Source: Eledone cirrhosa (taxonomy: Eukaryota). Taken from it: 64,000 nt of DNA. The notes beneath the pieces are model-generated. The model did no database searches. It had not been told where the DNA came from and saw only the letters and a program-made list of their open reading frames with translations. Within the stretch, counting starts at the first letter, position 1, and each line of letters starts with the position of its first letter. A program made the position numbers and the translations under genes. The stretch lies in assembly GCA_964016885.1 (NCBI GenBank), contig OZ024743.1, forward strand, positions 315,208,001 through 315,272,000, read 5' to 3'. Positions 1-12,597 of the stretch are shown in pieces.

Positions 1-223
1 AGTAATATATAAGGGAACAAAGAATCAGTGTTGCATGATATACATATTTAATTACATATTATATATGTTTCACTGTCGATCAGCTCGAGAAGCTTCCAAT
101 TCCAGAGTCAGGTTCGATCATGAATCGATCGTTCATTGAGCTGTGCGACAGTGAAACATATGTAATATGTAATTAAATATGTATCGGAAGCAACACTGAT
201 TCTTTGTCCCTTCTATATTACTA
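1..223. mobile_element. Fold-back element cut by the window start; arms ~1-78 and ~146-223; right arm has the 3' half of a PLE-type hammerhead (ctgt-gcg-acag-t-GAAAC-ATAT-GTA)
   Basis: Arms are reverse complements with a few mismatches; GAAACATATGTA is the palindromic stem-III motif of PLE HHRs; the CUGANGA box is degenerate. Confidence 0.7.
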
Positions 224-307
224 TTATTGATATATTGCTGCTGAAGAGCATCGAGAGCTTATTCGGCATACCGCCTGCGGAGGCAATTAATTTTTGCCTT
301 TAACACC

Positions 308-379
<72 letters not shown>

Positions 380-518
380 CAGAAGAGATATTCAATTTGT
401 TGGTAATTCAACAAATATAAATGTTTATAACTGATTCACAACACTCAACAAGTCTTCTGGAGTATAACACATAATGATATTAAATAAATGGAAACTATAT
501 TTATAAAACCATATTTAT

Positions 519-575
519 TCTATTATATATATTTCAAGGGTACCATGCATTTTGGTGCGCTATCATCAGATAGTT
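519..575 (-). ncRNA. Type I hammerhead ribozyme motif (minimal, PLE type)
   Basis: Minus strand: ctat-CTGATGA-tagcgcacc..ggtaccctt-GAAA-tatata-TA-atag; stem II imperfect. Confidence 0.7.
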
Positions 576-649
576 ACTATCCAGGGATAACTTGAACCGT
601 TAAGGTATATTATCCTTGGTTATGACAAAAATTTATAAAACACACTTCG

Positions 650-710
650 TATTTTATCTGATGATATCGTACCAACATTTTTGGTACGTTGAAATATATA
701 TAATAAAATA
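650..710 (+). ncRNA. Type I hammerhead ribozyme motif
   Basis: tattttat-CTGATGA(658-664)-tat-cgtaccaa/ttggtacg-tt-GAAA(691-694)-tatata-TA-ataaaata; perfect 8-bp stem I, palindromic stem III. Confidence 0.85.
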
Positions 711-778
711 AATATGGTTTTATAAATATAGTTTCAATTTATTTGATATATTTGAATATATATATATATATATATACA

Positions 779-875
779 CCGGGTGTTCCCAAAAATGTAT
801 ACACACGTCCACAACATTCTAATAAATATTGCATGTACAGGTAAGCAAAGAGTGTATACATTTGTTGGGGAGGCC

Positions 876-878
<3 letters not shown>
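779..878. mobile_element. ~100-bp MITE with Tc1/mariner-like TIRs in a TA tract
   Basis: ~26-bp imperfect TIRs CCGGGTGTTCCCAAAAATGTATACAC ... GTGTATACATTTGTTGGGGAGGCCCTG, flanked by TA repeats. Confidence 0.7.
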
Positions 879-928
<50 letters not shown>

Positions 929-931
929 ATA

Positions 932-1864
932 TTAGAAAGTGAGGTTTTTTTTACAAAATGAAAAATAACCGAGGTGTCCTACACGAGTGAAAGTATAAAG
1001 AAAAAAAGATGAAATCGAAAATGCAACTGGAGTCTTATTTTTTTTTAAATATATATATTTATTTGGTTCCTTTACCGGTTTCGCAGTTCTTCTGCTTTTC
1101 AAAAGTAGAGTTGAGATGGAGGGTCTCTGGTTTTTACACATCTGGTTGGTCTTTGAATGTTACTTGTTTTATATGGAAAAAGGTGGCTCGAAAAGCCAGG
1201 ATTTTAGAGAAGTAATTTGATTGGTTTGTCAATAATTATAATAAATTTCGCGCCAGTTCGCGTTACAAAGTTCTTCAAACAAGATGGGGGGGGGGGGGGG
1301 AGCTCAGATTGTTTTTTCATATATGAGTGTTTGAATGTCTTTTTACTTAATAAAAGGGGCTCACGAAGGCTTTTTTTAATAAACGTAATTTGATTGGTTA
1401 TAAATGAAATTATTGCTGTCACGTGAACAAGTTTACATTAAATTTCGCGCCGTTATTTGGAAATATATTCTGTAGCCTTTTTAGAGAATTAATGAAAACT
1501 TGTTCACGTGACAGTCATAATTTCATTTATAACCAATCAAATTACGTTTATTAAAAAAAGCCTTCGTGAGCCCATTTTTTTAAAGTAAAAAGAAATTCAA
1601 ACACACATACACAACACACGCACACACACACAAGCACACAAATGGACATACATATCTTTACTTTCTTTATTTCAATAGAAAATCTGAATTCTGACACCCC
1701 AGCGAACTTCACAGCCATATTCACTGAACCAGAACAATTCTCCCATCCCATTTCTCTTGACCATTATCTTTTGCTTGTCAAAAAATTCTCTAAAAAGGGT
1801 AGAAAGAGCAAAGGAAAAAAGAGTGCTCTATGTATAGAACAGAGCTATTTAATTAGAAAGTGAA
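932..1864. mobile_element. Non-coding PLE-like (pLTR-type) element with internal inverted repeat (~1327-1432 / ~1497-1603) and short terminal direct repeat TTAGAAAGTGA
   Basis: 932-1135 is the reverse complement of ~47410-47612; 1795-1852 resembles 14477-14540 (3' end of PLE 2) and 47930-47995; flanked by (TA)n. Confidence 0.7.
1220..1451 (+). promoter_or_regulatory. Duplicated CCAAT(ATTGG)/E-box(GTCACGTGA)/E2F(TTTCGCGCC) motif module inside a TE
   Basis: ATTGG 1220 and 1393; CACGTG 1420; TTTCGCGCC 1246 and 1443; same order recurs at 34224-34339. Confidence 0.5.
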
Positions 1865-1978
1865 CAACACGTATGTATATATATTAATAAGTATATTTAT
1901 AGATATGTATATATATATATTCACACACACACACACAAACACACACAAACACTAACGCACGCACACACACGCACACAC

Positions 1979-2095
<117 letters not shown>

Positions 2096-2237
2096 CGTAT
2101 ATATGTATATTCGCATCTGTTTAACTTGTGTAAACTTTGAAATTTGACATCGAATCTTGCCAAATTTGACTATTAGTAGTGTAACAAATCTGGTAAAGTA
2201 CCCCGTACGCACTATTAACCGTCTCCAGAAGGACCTT

Positions 2238-2280
<43 letters not shown>

Positions 2281-2443
2281 AAGTTGATTGACTAGATCCC
2301 AGACCTCATCACATCGGAGCTAGGAAACAATGTTTCAATTGGTGTTTCCAATTCCTAACACTATCTGCCGGTCGCCAACCCAGGCATATATATATAAGTA
2401 GAAGGGATCCGTGGCTATGTCAACATTTATTAAACAAACTTTT

Positions 2444-2505
2444 TATTTTATCTGATGAAAGCGTACCAAATATGTGGCTACCTTTGAAATATATATAATA
2501 GAATA
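2444..2505 (+). ncRNA. Type I hammerhead motif, same family as 650-710
   Basis: tattttat-CTGATGA-aagcgtacc..ggctacctt-t-GAAA-tatata-TA-atagaata. Confidence 0.7.
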
Positions 2506-2530
2506 AATATAGTTTTTATTTATTTAATAT

Positions 2531-2647
<117 letters not shown>

Positions 2648-2845
2648 TATATACATATATACATATATACATATATACATATATACATATAAATTTTGAG
2701 TATATGTTGCTTGTTTACCGACACTTCAGTATGCAGATTTGAGCACTCGACGAAGTGCGCAGGTTGGTTTGGTTACTCCGGTGTAATGTAAAATAAAATA
2801 ATTAAGTCTAATATTTAAAATTTGGCTTCGTTATATTAAAGGTGT

Positions 2846-2900
2846 ACTGCTATATATAATTCGGTGCCAGCCATCCTTGGCTGTGACCTCTTCGGGCAGT
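2846..2900 (-). ncRNA. Degenerate type I hammerhead
   Basis: actgc-CCGAAGA-ggtcacagcca..tggctggcacc-GAAT-tatata-TA-gcagt; consensus with the other arm restores CTGAAGA/GAAA. Confidence 0.65.
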
Positions 2901-3150
2901 CTGAATTGGTGTGGTAGAGACAGGTACACATGTTGCTGAGGTGTTTAATTCCGTCAATGCTCCGATATGCCCAGTTCCTGGTTGGGTTGTTATTTCTCTG
3001 AGGAACTGGAATCATATGAATTCGAACAAACGAATTTCGGCGTCAAAGGAACTCTCTCCTCCCATTGGTCAGTTGTGAGAACATTCCTCAGTCAAAAGTC
3101 TATAGAAATTTTCTGAGGCATGTGTACCTGTCTCTACAACACCAATTCGG

Positions 3151-3205
3151 ACTGCCTGAATAGGTCACAGCCAAGGATGGCTGTCACCAAAATATATATA
3201 ACAGT
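3151..3205 (+). ncRNA. Degenerate type I hammerhead
   Basis: actgc-CTGAATA-ggtcacagcca..tggctgtcacc-AAAA-tatata-TA-acagt. Confidence 0.65.
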
Positions 3206-3254
3206 ACACCTTTAATAAACGAAGCCAAATTTTAAATATTTGACTTAATTATTT

Positions 3255-3285
<31 letters not shown>

Positions 3286-3286
<1 letters not shown>

Positions 3287-3420
3287 TAGTATTGGTGCTC
3301 TGAAATAGCGATGTATGTATGAATGTACGTATAGTATATTTGATTATACACTGTATGTTTATTTTAAATTATTTTGAAGACCATTCGCTGTGAGATTTAA
3401 AGTAGTGACTACGTCAAACA
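3286..3420 (-). mobile_element. Terminal fragment of the element family at 52629-52995
   Basis: High similarity to 52629-52760 (ttag.attggt.ctctgaaatagcgatgtat...). Confidence 0.7.
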
Positions 3421-3452
3421 TACAGTATATTATCAAATATACTATAGGTACA

Positions 3453-3507
<55 letters not shown>

Positions 3508-3511
<4 letters not shown>

Positions 3512-5912
3512 ATAATAATAAATTTGAAGACTAAGATACAAATAAGGATAAATATATATCAAATATATAAGAACCGTAGAGCAAATATTTATTAAAATAA
3601 CAGATTAAAGTTTAAGCAAAGAATCGCTGATTTCACCCTTAACGGGATCTTCTGAAACTAACAAAGTCAATCTGTAAACGCAGAAGTGGATATTTCAAAA
3701 AAAGTTGCAACCAGAGGAAGACAGGAATACGATACTTTGGTTCGTGGAAACGTTTGCTGGCAAAGTACGGGAAAAAACAAATATAATACATCATTAATAG
3801 GAGCGGTGAAAAACAATTACGCGCAAAGACAGAACCACGTTTATGGTATAAAAGAGGTCGTAGACTAATGTTCTCTTAGGTGGTTCATAGAGACGTTCTC
3901 TGGCAATGAACGAAAAAAACGAAGATAATACGTCATATGTGGAGCGTGGAGAACAATAGCACGCAAAGACAAAATCACGTAAATGGTATAGCAGAAGTCG
4001 TAGACTAAAATTCTAACTAGGAGACCGAATGAATCTCCGCTTCAGAGTTAAGAACAAAGTAAATAAATACAATACAGAAGTAATAGAAATAAATAAATAC
4101 ATACACGCAAACAAATACGTACATACACAAGCATACGCAAAACACTTACCATAGGTAAACAAAACCATGCACATATAAATATGTGTGTGTGTGTATGCGT
4201 GTATACAAATAAATAAATAATTATATAAACGTATATAAATAAATAAATACGTATATAACAAAAGCACACACATACCTACATGTAAATACACGAATGTTCG
4301 GAGACGTAAGTCAATCAAAACATGAAGTACACATATACACATACCCTACATACGTACGAACCTGCATACTCACACAGACCCAAAACTCCCGTATACACAT
4401 AGCCAAACCATATGTACCAGAATATATAAAAATATACGCCATAACATAAACAATCAAATATACGTATGAGAAGGTATACGTACCTTCACAAAACATACGG
4501 GTAATATATACTTACCTATGCAAATAAGTAATGGTATAAAGAAAACATACTTAGCTCCCATATCAAAACGTAAAATATCCACGTATAGATCGTACTATCC
4601 GTTAGGGTATAACGTGGGGCTGTAATACTGGTAAGTTTTGTGCAATTTATGTTTACAAGCCGAAATTGCCTCAGATTTTTTGTTTAAGATGTGGTCTGTG
4701 GCGTAGAGTATTTCCAGGGCCTCAGCGGCGCAGAGATCACATGATCTTTTATTTCCGTTATACGATCTAGCCCTAGCTAGGATCTCCCAGTGTAACCTAT
4801 ATTGGGTGTGGTTGTCTTTTAGACTCCAGATATAAGCTGAAAGTGACGTCATATTCCTTCTTAGAGGGTAACGAAAAGAATGGGTAAGCATGTAAAGACG
4901 CTGCTTGAATCTATTGGCGGTTAACCCTATGTAGGACCTACGGGACGTGGGTGTTACAACCTTACATTTGTAGACAATATTGCTAGAGAGGCATTTCCCG
5001 GATAGGGGGCAATCAACCCGATTCCTACAATTACAGTTAGTACTAACTACAGGGTTGCACGCGTTCCTATAGCTAGGCAGTTTAGCTAAATTTGAAGCTG
5101 TTATGTTATGTGCAAGATTAGGAGTCTTAGAGTAAGAAATTTTAATAGTATTTCTATTAAAAATTTTACTATATTTATGTGTAGGGGGAAAATGCTTCGT
5201 AATAAGGGAAATAAAGATCTTAGCTAATGGTGTGGCCACCTCCATATTATATGGTGGGTTATACCAACAAATGCGACGGGATCTATTTCTTCTAGGTCTA
5301 TTTTCGTAGTCTGTATATGCTACCTTATCGACAAATCCACTTCGAGCAAGAGCTTCATTGTAATAAGTGGAATGGTCGTTGAAAATACGCTCGTTGGTGG
5401 AAAGACGGGAAAGCCTCAACGAAATGTTTCTTACCAGGTTCTTGGTTATGCTGGCAGGATGGTTGGAATGCTTACTTATGTAATTAAGCGTATCATTGGG
5501 CTTTCTATACGGGTAATACAACCCATTCAATAAATTGAGGGTAACGTCGAGGTAATTAACGACCGAGAGGTTGGCTCAACCTGTATAGAGAGGTTGAAGC
5601 CTTTAAAGAAGGCTGTGAGTTCTTTTCTGAACCTGTCGCAAGCACGAGGTCCACACTTAGTCATGGTCAAAAGACCATCGTCACGGTACAAACCACCGCC
5701 CGCGTTGGAGAATTCGTCCTTGATAGAGAAAAGAAGGAAAAGGCCGATAAGATCAGTAACCTCCGCAGAATCACTGGCGCCCATACTCACGTCGAAAGGG
5801 GTACTATTGGATTGTTTAATCCAAATAGAGTCGTCGAAATTAATCACCGACTTTCGGGCATTGAGGATGACATCAACTTCGAAATCCTTAACCACTGTGA
5901 GTGTTTTAGCGA
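3508..5912 (-). mobile_element. 5'-truncated Penelope-like retroelement (Naiad-like) with ~1.1 kb 3' UTR/pLTR ending in (TA)n
   Basis: RT and GIY-YIG ORF remnants; 3' UTR copies at 34822-35472, 35598-36025, 23593-23632, 31283-31342. Confidence 0.9.
4595..5910 (-). pseudogene. PLE ORF C-terminal half (RT motifs, thumb, Cys linker, GIY-YIG endonuclease); frameshift near 5530-5560
   Basis: MGASDSAEVTDLIGLFLL, GLYRDDGL, YRKPND, WYNPPY, CNCRNRVDCPLSGKC, IVYKC..SYIGLT..FKQR, CDLC..E, CKH in ORFs 5527-6144 and 4595-5530. Confidence 0.92.
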
Positions 5913-6399
5913 AGTGTGTGTGTGTGTGTGTGTGTGTGTCTACATATATATATATATATGTGTGTTCGTGTATGTATGTATATATATATATATGTGTGTC
6001 TCTCTCTCTGTATATATATGTGTTTGTGTGTGTGTGTATGAATGTATATATGTGTTTGTGTGAGTATGTGTATATATAAATGACACCCTGATTGAAACGT
6101 GATTGGGATAGTATATTAAAGCATATGTTCATGTAAATATACATTTTTGCAACCTCTACGAAATTAGAGGCGGTGAATCACCCACCACTTTTCTCAGCAA
6201 CGAAGGGTGAGCACACTTCCGGCAACGTTTGTGCTTCTGTAACTGTCGTCAGAAGGACAAATCTCTCTTGGATGATAATAAGAAAATATGCTGAAAGATT
6301 ATAGCGCTTGTGCTTATGAACATAGCCAGAATGGGAATGAGTTTCGCTAGTCTATTCCACGCCACTGATGTTCAAGAGAAAGAGTTAGATATAGACACC

Positions 6400-6512
6400 A
6401 GTCACGTTGCAACGTGAAGTAAAGCATTTTGCAACATACCACCCGGTCTGGAAATCGAACTCACAGCCTCGACATTGTAAGCCCAACGCTCTTACTACTT
6501 ATCCATGTACCT
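6400..6512 (-). mobile_element. tRNA-derived SINE head (CORE-like family), diverged
   Basis: Reverse complement resembles the head of 57240-57568 (A/B box-like). Confidence 0.55.
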
Positions 6513-6522
6513 TTATGTGTGT

Positions 6523-6588
<66 letters not shown>

Positions 6589-7119
6589 AGATATATATGT
6601 ATATATATATACATACACACACGTGTGACTACGTGTATATATGTGTGTATATTTGCAACTCTGTGTAGGTTCATGTGAATATACACGTGTGGCTATGTAT
6701 ATCTGACTTATATGCGTCATTACAGACTGGCTGAGTATTTGTGCACGTATAACCGCTTTACAGAGTTACAAGGGCTCTTTGCAGGTAAAAACAAAATTAA
6801 CCGAGTGAATTTACGTTAGCAACCCCATAAATAAATCTGTATGAAAAGAATATGTGGGTGTTTAATGAAGTTGATTAAATTATCTACTTCAACGTGTCAG
6901 CCAGAGAGAGTCTAATATGAGGTTTTCAATTGCAGCGTACCGGGACCGACGAGACGAGGAAAGAAGCAAATGCCATGTTGTCTGCATATTCATTAGTATG
7001 TATTTATGTGCGTGAGTAAGAGTGTGTGTATGTAAATATACGTGCAAATATAAATATATATATATGTATGTATATATACACACACATATATGTATACATG
7101 CATGTATATGTATATATAT

Positions 7120-7186
<67 letters not shown>

Positions 7187-7233
7187 GAGAGAGAGAGAGA
7201 GATTGATAGATACATATATATGTGGTGTGGGTA

Positions 7234-7291
<58 letters not shown>

Positions 7292-7374
7292 GTATAGATA
7301 GATATTTGTTTATATTACGCTAGTATGTTTAAATGGTTACCTATGTGTTTATAAATATATCAAGCAGTCTCAGC

Positions 7375-7425
<51 letters not shown>

Positions 7426-8464
7426 GAACGTATATATACATGCGTGTGTATGTACATGTTTGTGCGTGTGTGCGTGTGTAAATCATTCTTGGGTTTATCT
7501 TGTAGTTAACCTCATTAGTTATTTATCATTATTACTAAATACGTTCACATCGTTTGCTGGAGTGGCAGAATAGTTAAACCTTCAGATAAAAGCTTTGCGT
7601 TATTTGTTCCTGATTTTTACGTTCTCTGTTCAAATCACGCTGAGATCAATGTTCCCGTTTCCTCTCATATTGTAGCATTTGTGACAACGTTAAAAACAAC
7701 TATTGATTGTAAGACGGTCGGTGTCTAGCCATATTGCAGTATTTTGATGGTCTCCTTTGTGTCAGTCATCAAATTCGTTCTTTTATTAGACTCACGGCGT
7801 CTAGGCTTTTTTAGAGGCGGCTTTTATTCGCCTCTTAGTAGCTACATCACTGTGTTATTAGAGTTTTCCTGGGAGCTAAAGTTGGCACGTATTGCTCCAT
7901 ATCCCCTATGATTTTACCAGTGTTGGTCCTGGTTTGCTTATTTGTCCGGCAGGAACCCGCTTATATGGCAACTGGCCATCATATCTGGTGGCCATATCGA
8001 TATCCATCACCTGCATCCCGTTCTCTAACAGAACAGCTCTGCCAATAAGGAAAGACGGTGGAATGGCAAAATGGTTTATGCCTCACATAACCTTCCTTGG
8101 TGATTTTAGTAACGTCCTAATTTCAAATCCCCTTGTGGTTCGTGCTTCATACCAGAGTGGCATTTTATTTTATTGGTGGTGCAGGAATAAAATGCAAATT
8201 TAACACCGGCTACATTTGAACTGAGAACGTAAAGACACAAACTTAATATTACACGGCCTGTTGTCCGATGCTCTAAAAATTATACCAATGCTCCAATATT
8301 TTAAAAATAACTATTAGAATCACAGACATAAGGCGAGGATTTTTTTTTGGGGGGGGGGGGGTTACCGCATTAAATCACCCTTAGTATTTCACTGGTACAT
8401 TATTTTAATGAAACCTTGTCTGTATTTTAGTAGTTTCTGTAGTTTAGTAGGTTCTAGTGAAGAC

Positions 8465-8780
8465 TCATTGATTAGTGGTTAAGGTGTTTGGTTCAGGGTC
8501 GTAATATCATAACTTTGATTTTCGGCAGCATGTTATGTCCTTGAGCAAGACATTTAATTTTACGTTCCGACAGTTAGCTCTGTATGAGAAAATGAACAGT
8601 ATGTGTAATTCAAAATGCTGATCTTGCACACACTGTGTCATACTGAATATCCATGAGAATTACGCTAAGGCTACTCGTGCTTGTCGAATGCTCAGCCACT
8701 TCAATGTTAATCTCAAGAGCAGGATGTTCCGTTGATCAAGCAATTGGAACATTCGTTGTCGTAACCGACGGAGTTCCACT
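8465..8780 (+). mobile_element. tRNA-derived CORE-like SINE, diverged
   Basis: tagtggttaag head, tgtccttgagcaagacattt core; body similar to 49555-49870 and 17040-17190. Confidence 0.7.
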
Positions 8781-9039
8781 ATGTAGCAATCTGCTAAATC
8801 GGCTTCAGTGATTTTTTTTTCAACGGAATATGTTTAATAATCTGACATTCACGACCGTAGTATTTAATACTAAATAAAGACATGACAACGCAAATGTTAA
8901 TTACGTTTACCTTTAACATTTATTATAGCCAAATCAATACAGCACTTATCATGGGAAAGCCGATAAATTGATTGAAGCTGCGGACGGCTCAACATCACAA
9001 CGATTCATAGATACGGTAATTATTTGTTCAACAAACACA

Positions 9040-9670
9040 GATATATTTAGGTGAGGTTGGTGGAGGTACATGGGGAAAGTGCGGAATGCGAAAGGAATGG
9101 TTCAGACATATGTGGATAGTGAGGCTTGGCATGAATTGACAGGTATTGCTGCGGTGGGGTGTGTGGCAGAGTAGAGATGAATGCGATGTGGAACCCAAGG
9201 TGAGAAAGAGGAAGAGCTATGAACAAGAAAGTCACCAAAATTACAGGCGAGCTTAATGGGAAGGCGGGTGGGTTGTGAAATAATCGAGAAGTGACGGGAT
9301 CAAAGACGAGGATTCGGAAGCACAGAAGTATATAGCGGTGTGATAAGGTTGAGGGGGAGGGTGATAGGAAAGAGAGAGTGAGTGTTAGGGGATCGATTAC
9401 GGGATGAGATGGTAGATGTACCTTAAACTTCACGGGCACAGGTGAGGGCAGCTTGGATCAAGTTGGGAGAGTATCCGCGCTAGATGAAGCGAGAGGCCAA
9501 GTGTTTAGATTGAGTAGAAAATCATGGTTTTGGCAGCAGAGTGTGGTATGGCTGCTGTTGAGAGAAGGTGACGTCTTGATATATGTGGAAACCAGTGAGT
9601 TTGGATTGAGAGTATATCGTGTGAGAGAGAAAGAGAGATAGAGAGATAGATAGAGAGAAGAGAGTGAGAA

Positions 9671-9710
<40 letters not shown>

Positions 9711-10073
9711 TTCTCTCTCTCTTCTCTCTATCTATCTATCTATCTCTCTTTCTCTCTCACACGTCCCGTTAGACCTGTGCGAAATTCTTTCCTTGCTCAC
9801 ATTTCAACCAGGTTTGATGGTCTTTATTCTCTCGTTCACGATTTCACCGAACTTAAATTCATAGAAATCTGGGACTTGTCTTCTTCTTCCTCACTTTCTG
9901 TTGCCTCACCATTTTGTTTGTTTACCCTCGCGTCCCCTTTATTTACGTGTCCCAACGACTTTTTCTAGCCGTTGCTCGCACCAACCGGAGGTATATGGTC
10001 TTTAAAGCGATGAAATGCCTATGATAGTTGGAAGATCACTGATGAAGGACAAACTTTTTTCATATATATATAT

Positions 10074-10142
<69 letters not shown>

Positions 10143-10715
10143 CCTAGAAATGGGACGTAAATGTCGGAGACGTAGGATGTAAATGAGCGGGATGAGAGGA
10201 TTGAACGAAGGAAAGAGAGAGTCGAACTGGTTCGGAGGGAGAGATGTGCCGCCGATACAGTCATTGATATAGCTCCAGAATGGGGCCAGTGTATTGGCAG
10301 AAGATTTTGCACTCAGCCTAGCCAACGAATGCGTTGGCAAAGTAGGAGCCCATTCTGGTTCCTATAGCTACCGCAGTTATTTGCTGGTAGAACTCACCGG
10401 AAAAGGAAAACAGTTCAGTGTATGAACAAGATCGGCATAACGGTATGAATGGAAGTAATAGGATGGTGTGTGGGGTATATATGTTGCGAGTGTTGGAGAG
10501 AGCTGAGTGTGTGGAGAGAGGTGATGTCTAAAATCATAAGAAGGCAAGATGGGCTTTAAAAGAAAGATAATGAGTTGTAAAGTGGTGGATCATGGTTATT
10601 GATGGGAGAGAATGTTGGCCGCTCAATCGTGCAAGAAGGATGTCTAAGTAGTGATAAATAATTTGAGTGAGGTAGTTGCAGCCTAAGACCATGGCACGGC
10701 CAGTAATTATCTGTG
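9040..10715 (-). pseudogene. Decayed Neptune-like Penelope element (RT, thumb, Zn linker), interrupted by microsatellites and a nested element
   Basis: Hand translation with frameshifts: LVHTLNCFPFSGEFYQQ..AVAIGTRMGSYFANAFVG*AECKIF..YINDCIGGTS (10140-10430); FRILVFDPVTSRLFHNPP and C..TCQF..SFRI..CTSTNL (9040-9320). Confidence 0.8.
9762..10062 (+). mobile_element. 3' fragment of the 515-bp non-coding repeat family
   Basis: Matches 15320-15620 and 41832-42135. Confidence 0.85.
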
Positions 10716-10959
10716 TGTCTAATATATATATATATGTGTGTGTGTGTGTGTATGTGTGTGTGTGTGTGTTTGTGTGTCTGTGTGTGTGTGTTTTCTTTCG
10801 GTTGACTCCAGTTCACGTTCCATGTGAATATTGCATCCAATGTAAAGATATTGCATCCTATGTAAAGCCATGTTTAGTGCTTTTATGGCAATCGCTTCTG
10901 TCCTATCAGAAAATCAAATTGAATGTTGGAGGTTAAAAAATATTTTTTCATTGCTCTAT

Positions 10960-12565
10960 GAAATCACCTTGAATAGACTTTCATACAGAGTTGATCTCCT
11001 AAACCCGATTTCAACAACATCTGATGTAGACTCGATGCATCCGGAAGCAGTGAGTAATCTCTCACACGCTGAGGTAACAAGAACAATTAATGAGCTCTAA
11101 TATGGTAAAGCCGCTGGGTTGGGTGAAATTCGGCCAGAGATATTAAAAGCCTTAAATAGCGAAGGTAATTTCAGGCTGACTTTTTTGTACCAGGTGACCA
11201 AGATCTCTGGCAATGTACCTAAGCAAGGATCACGAATGATTGGTCCAATTATAGAAGGATCGCCTCCTTAAACCTCCCCGGTAAAATATATGCTCAGTGT
11301 AGTGTCTAGCAAAGAGATGCAGAGAGATTGTCGAGTCCAACCTAGCTGAAGAATACTGTTGCTTTCGCCCCGGACACAGCATAGGTGACCAAATATTTAC
11401 ACTGGGGCAGGTCTTTGAGAAATAGTGCGATTACAGCCACGAGGTGTATTCTTTGTTTGTAGTCCTCGAAAATGCTTATGACCGCGTTCCACAGGACCTA
11501 CTGTGTAAGGTTCTGCAGTATAGAAACGATGGTCAACTTCTTGTTGCCTTGATGTATTTATACGAATGCCTGAGTATAGTGCTAAATGGAAACCATTCAA
11601 TGTTGGAGTCGAACTGCGCTAAAGGTGCGTACTGTCACCTCTCCTGTTCATTATATTCATGAACAAGATTGACATGCACAGCCAGGAAGGAAGAAGTGGT
11701 ATAACGACTGGCAGAAGTAGGCTGGAATTTGAATACAACATGGAATTACTTAACTCAACAGAAGGTGATGTCCGAAATGCGCTTGATACGTTTCATAGCG
11801 ATGGCTGCATCGTTTGAATGAAAATCAGTGCTGCGAAACCTGAGACTACCCGTCCTCTGAAGGAGGCCTGCGCAGTGCACACTGCATGTGAATGAAGTAG
11901 GTGGAAAAGTTCAAGTAGCTAGCGGCTGTGTTTACGATTGATGGAAGACAGGAAGCTGAAATAAGCGTAAGAATTGCAGCTGCTGGTACAGTAATGCCCC
12001 AGCTTCAGCATTTGGTAATCAGAAGAAGGAAGGTAGGTTTAAAAGCCAAAATTACTATCTTCAACTGGGTATTCGTGACAGCCTTTACCTATGGTCATGA
12101 ATCCTGGATAATGACCTAAAAAATGCGATCGCGAATACGAGTTGCCGAAATGTTATTCATCTGAAGCGTCATTGGAGTAATGTTACAAGATAGTGCGTAG
12201 CTCTGAGATCAAAGAATCACTCCAGGTAGTGCCACTACTTCTCAGAATTGAGAGGTCACAGCTCCGATACTATGTATCAGGAAAGAATCGCGAAACAGAT
12301 TTTAGACGGAAAACCAACTGACAGGAGATCCAGCCGTAGACACGGAGCAAGATGGTTGGATAACATCCATGAGCTTGGCTGGTCTCGTTTGGGGATTCAA
12401 CTGGAAACGGATGTTTCTGACAGGATCTGCTGGAAGAAGTGTTTGAGGATTCTGCCAAACCACCACTACCACCACCACGACCATCTTGAGAAGAAGAAGA
12501 AGAAGAAGAAGACGAAGAAGAAGAAGAAGAAGAAGAAGAAGAAGAAGAAGAAGAAGAAGAAGAAG

Positions 12566-12596
<31 letters not shown>
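10960..12596 (+). pseudogene. 5'-truncated RTE-clade LINE (Expander/Rex3-like) RT remnant with (AAG)n tail
   Basis: YGKAAGLGEIRPEILKAL, CCFRPGHSIGDQIFTL, LENAYDRVP, TYGHESWIMT, RWLDNIHELGWSRLG; many stops and frameshifts; (AAG)n 12488-12596. Confidence 0.9.

Positions 12597-12597
<1 letters not shown>

Larger units (their letters stand above)
375..755. mobile_element. Palindromic non-autonomous PLE-type element in (TA)n; arms ~474-573 and ~654-750; ~100 bp extra tail on the left
   Basis: Inverted arms read directly; both contain an HHR; a third copy of the right arm lies at ~2444-2535. Confidence 0.8.
2690..3261. mobile_element. Palindromic HHR element in (TA)n; arms ~2789-2932 and ~3119-3261; left tail ~100 bp
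   Basis: Inverted arms read directly; each has a mutated HHR (2846-2900 minus, 3151-3205 plus). Confidence 0.8.
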
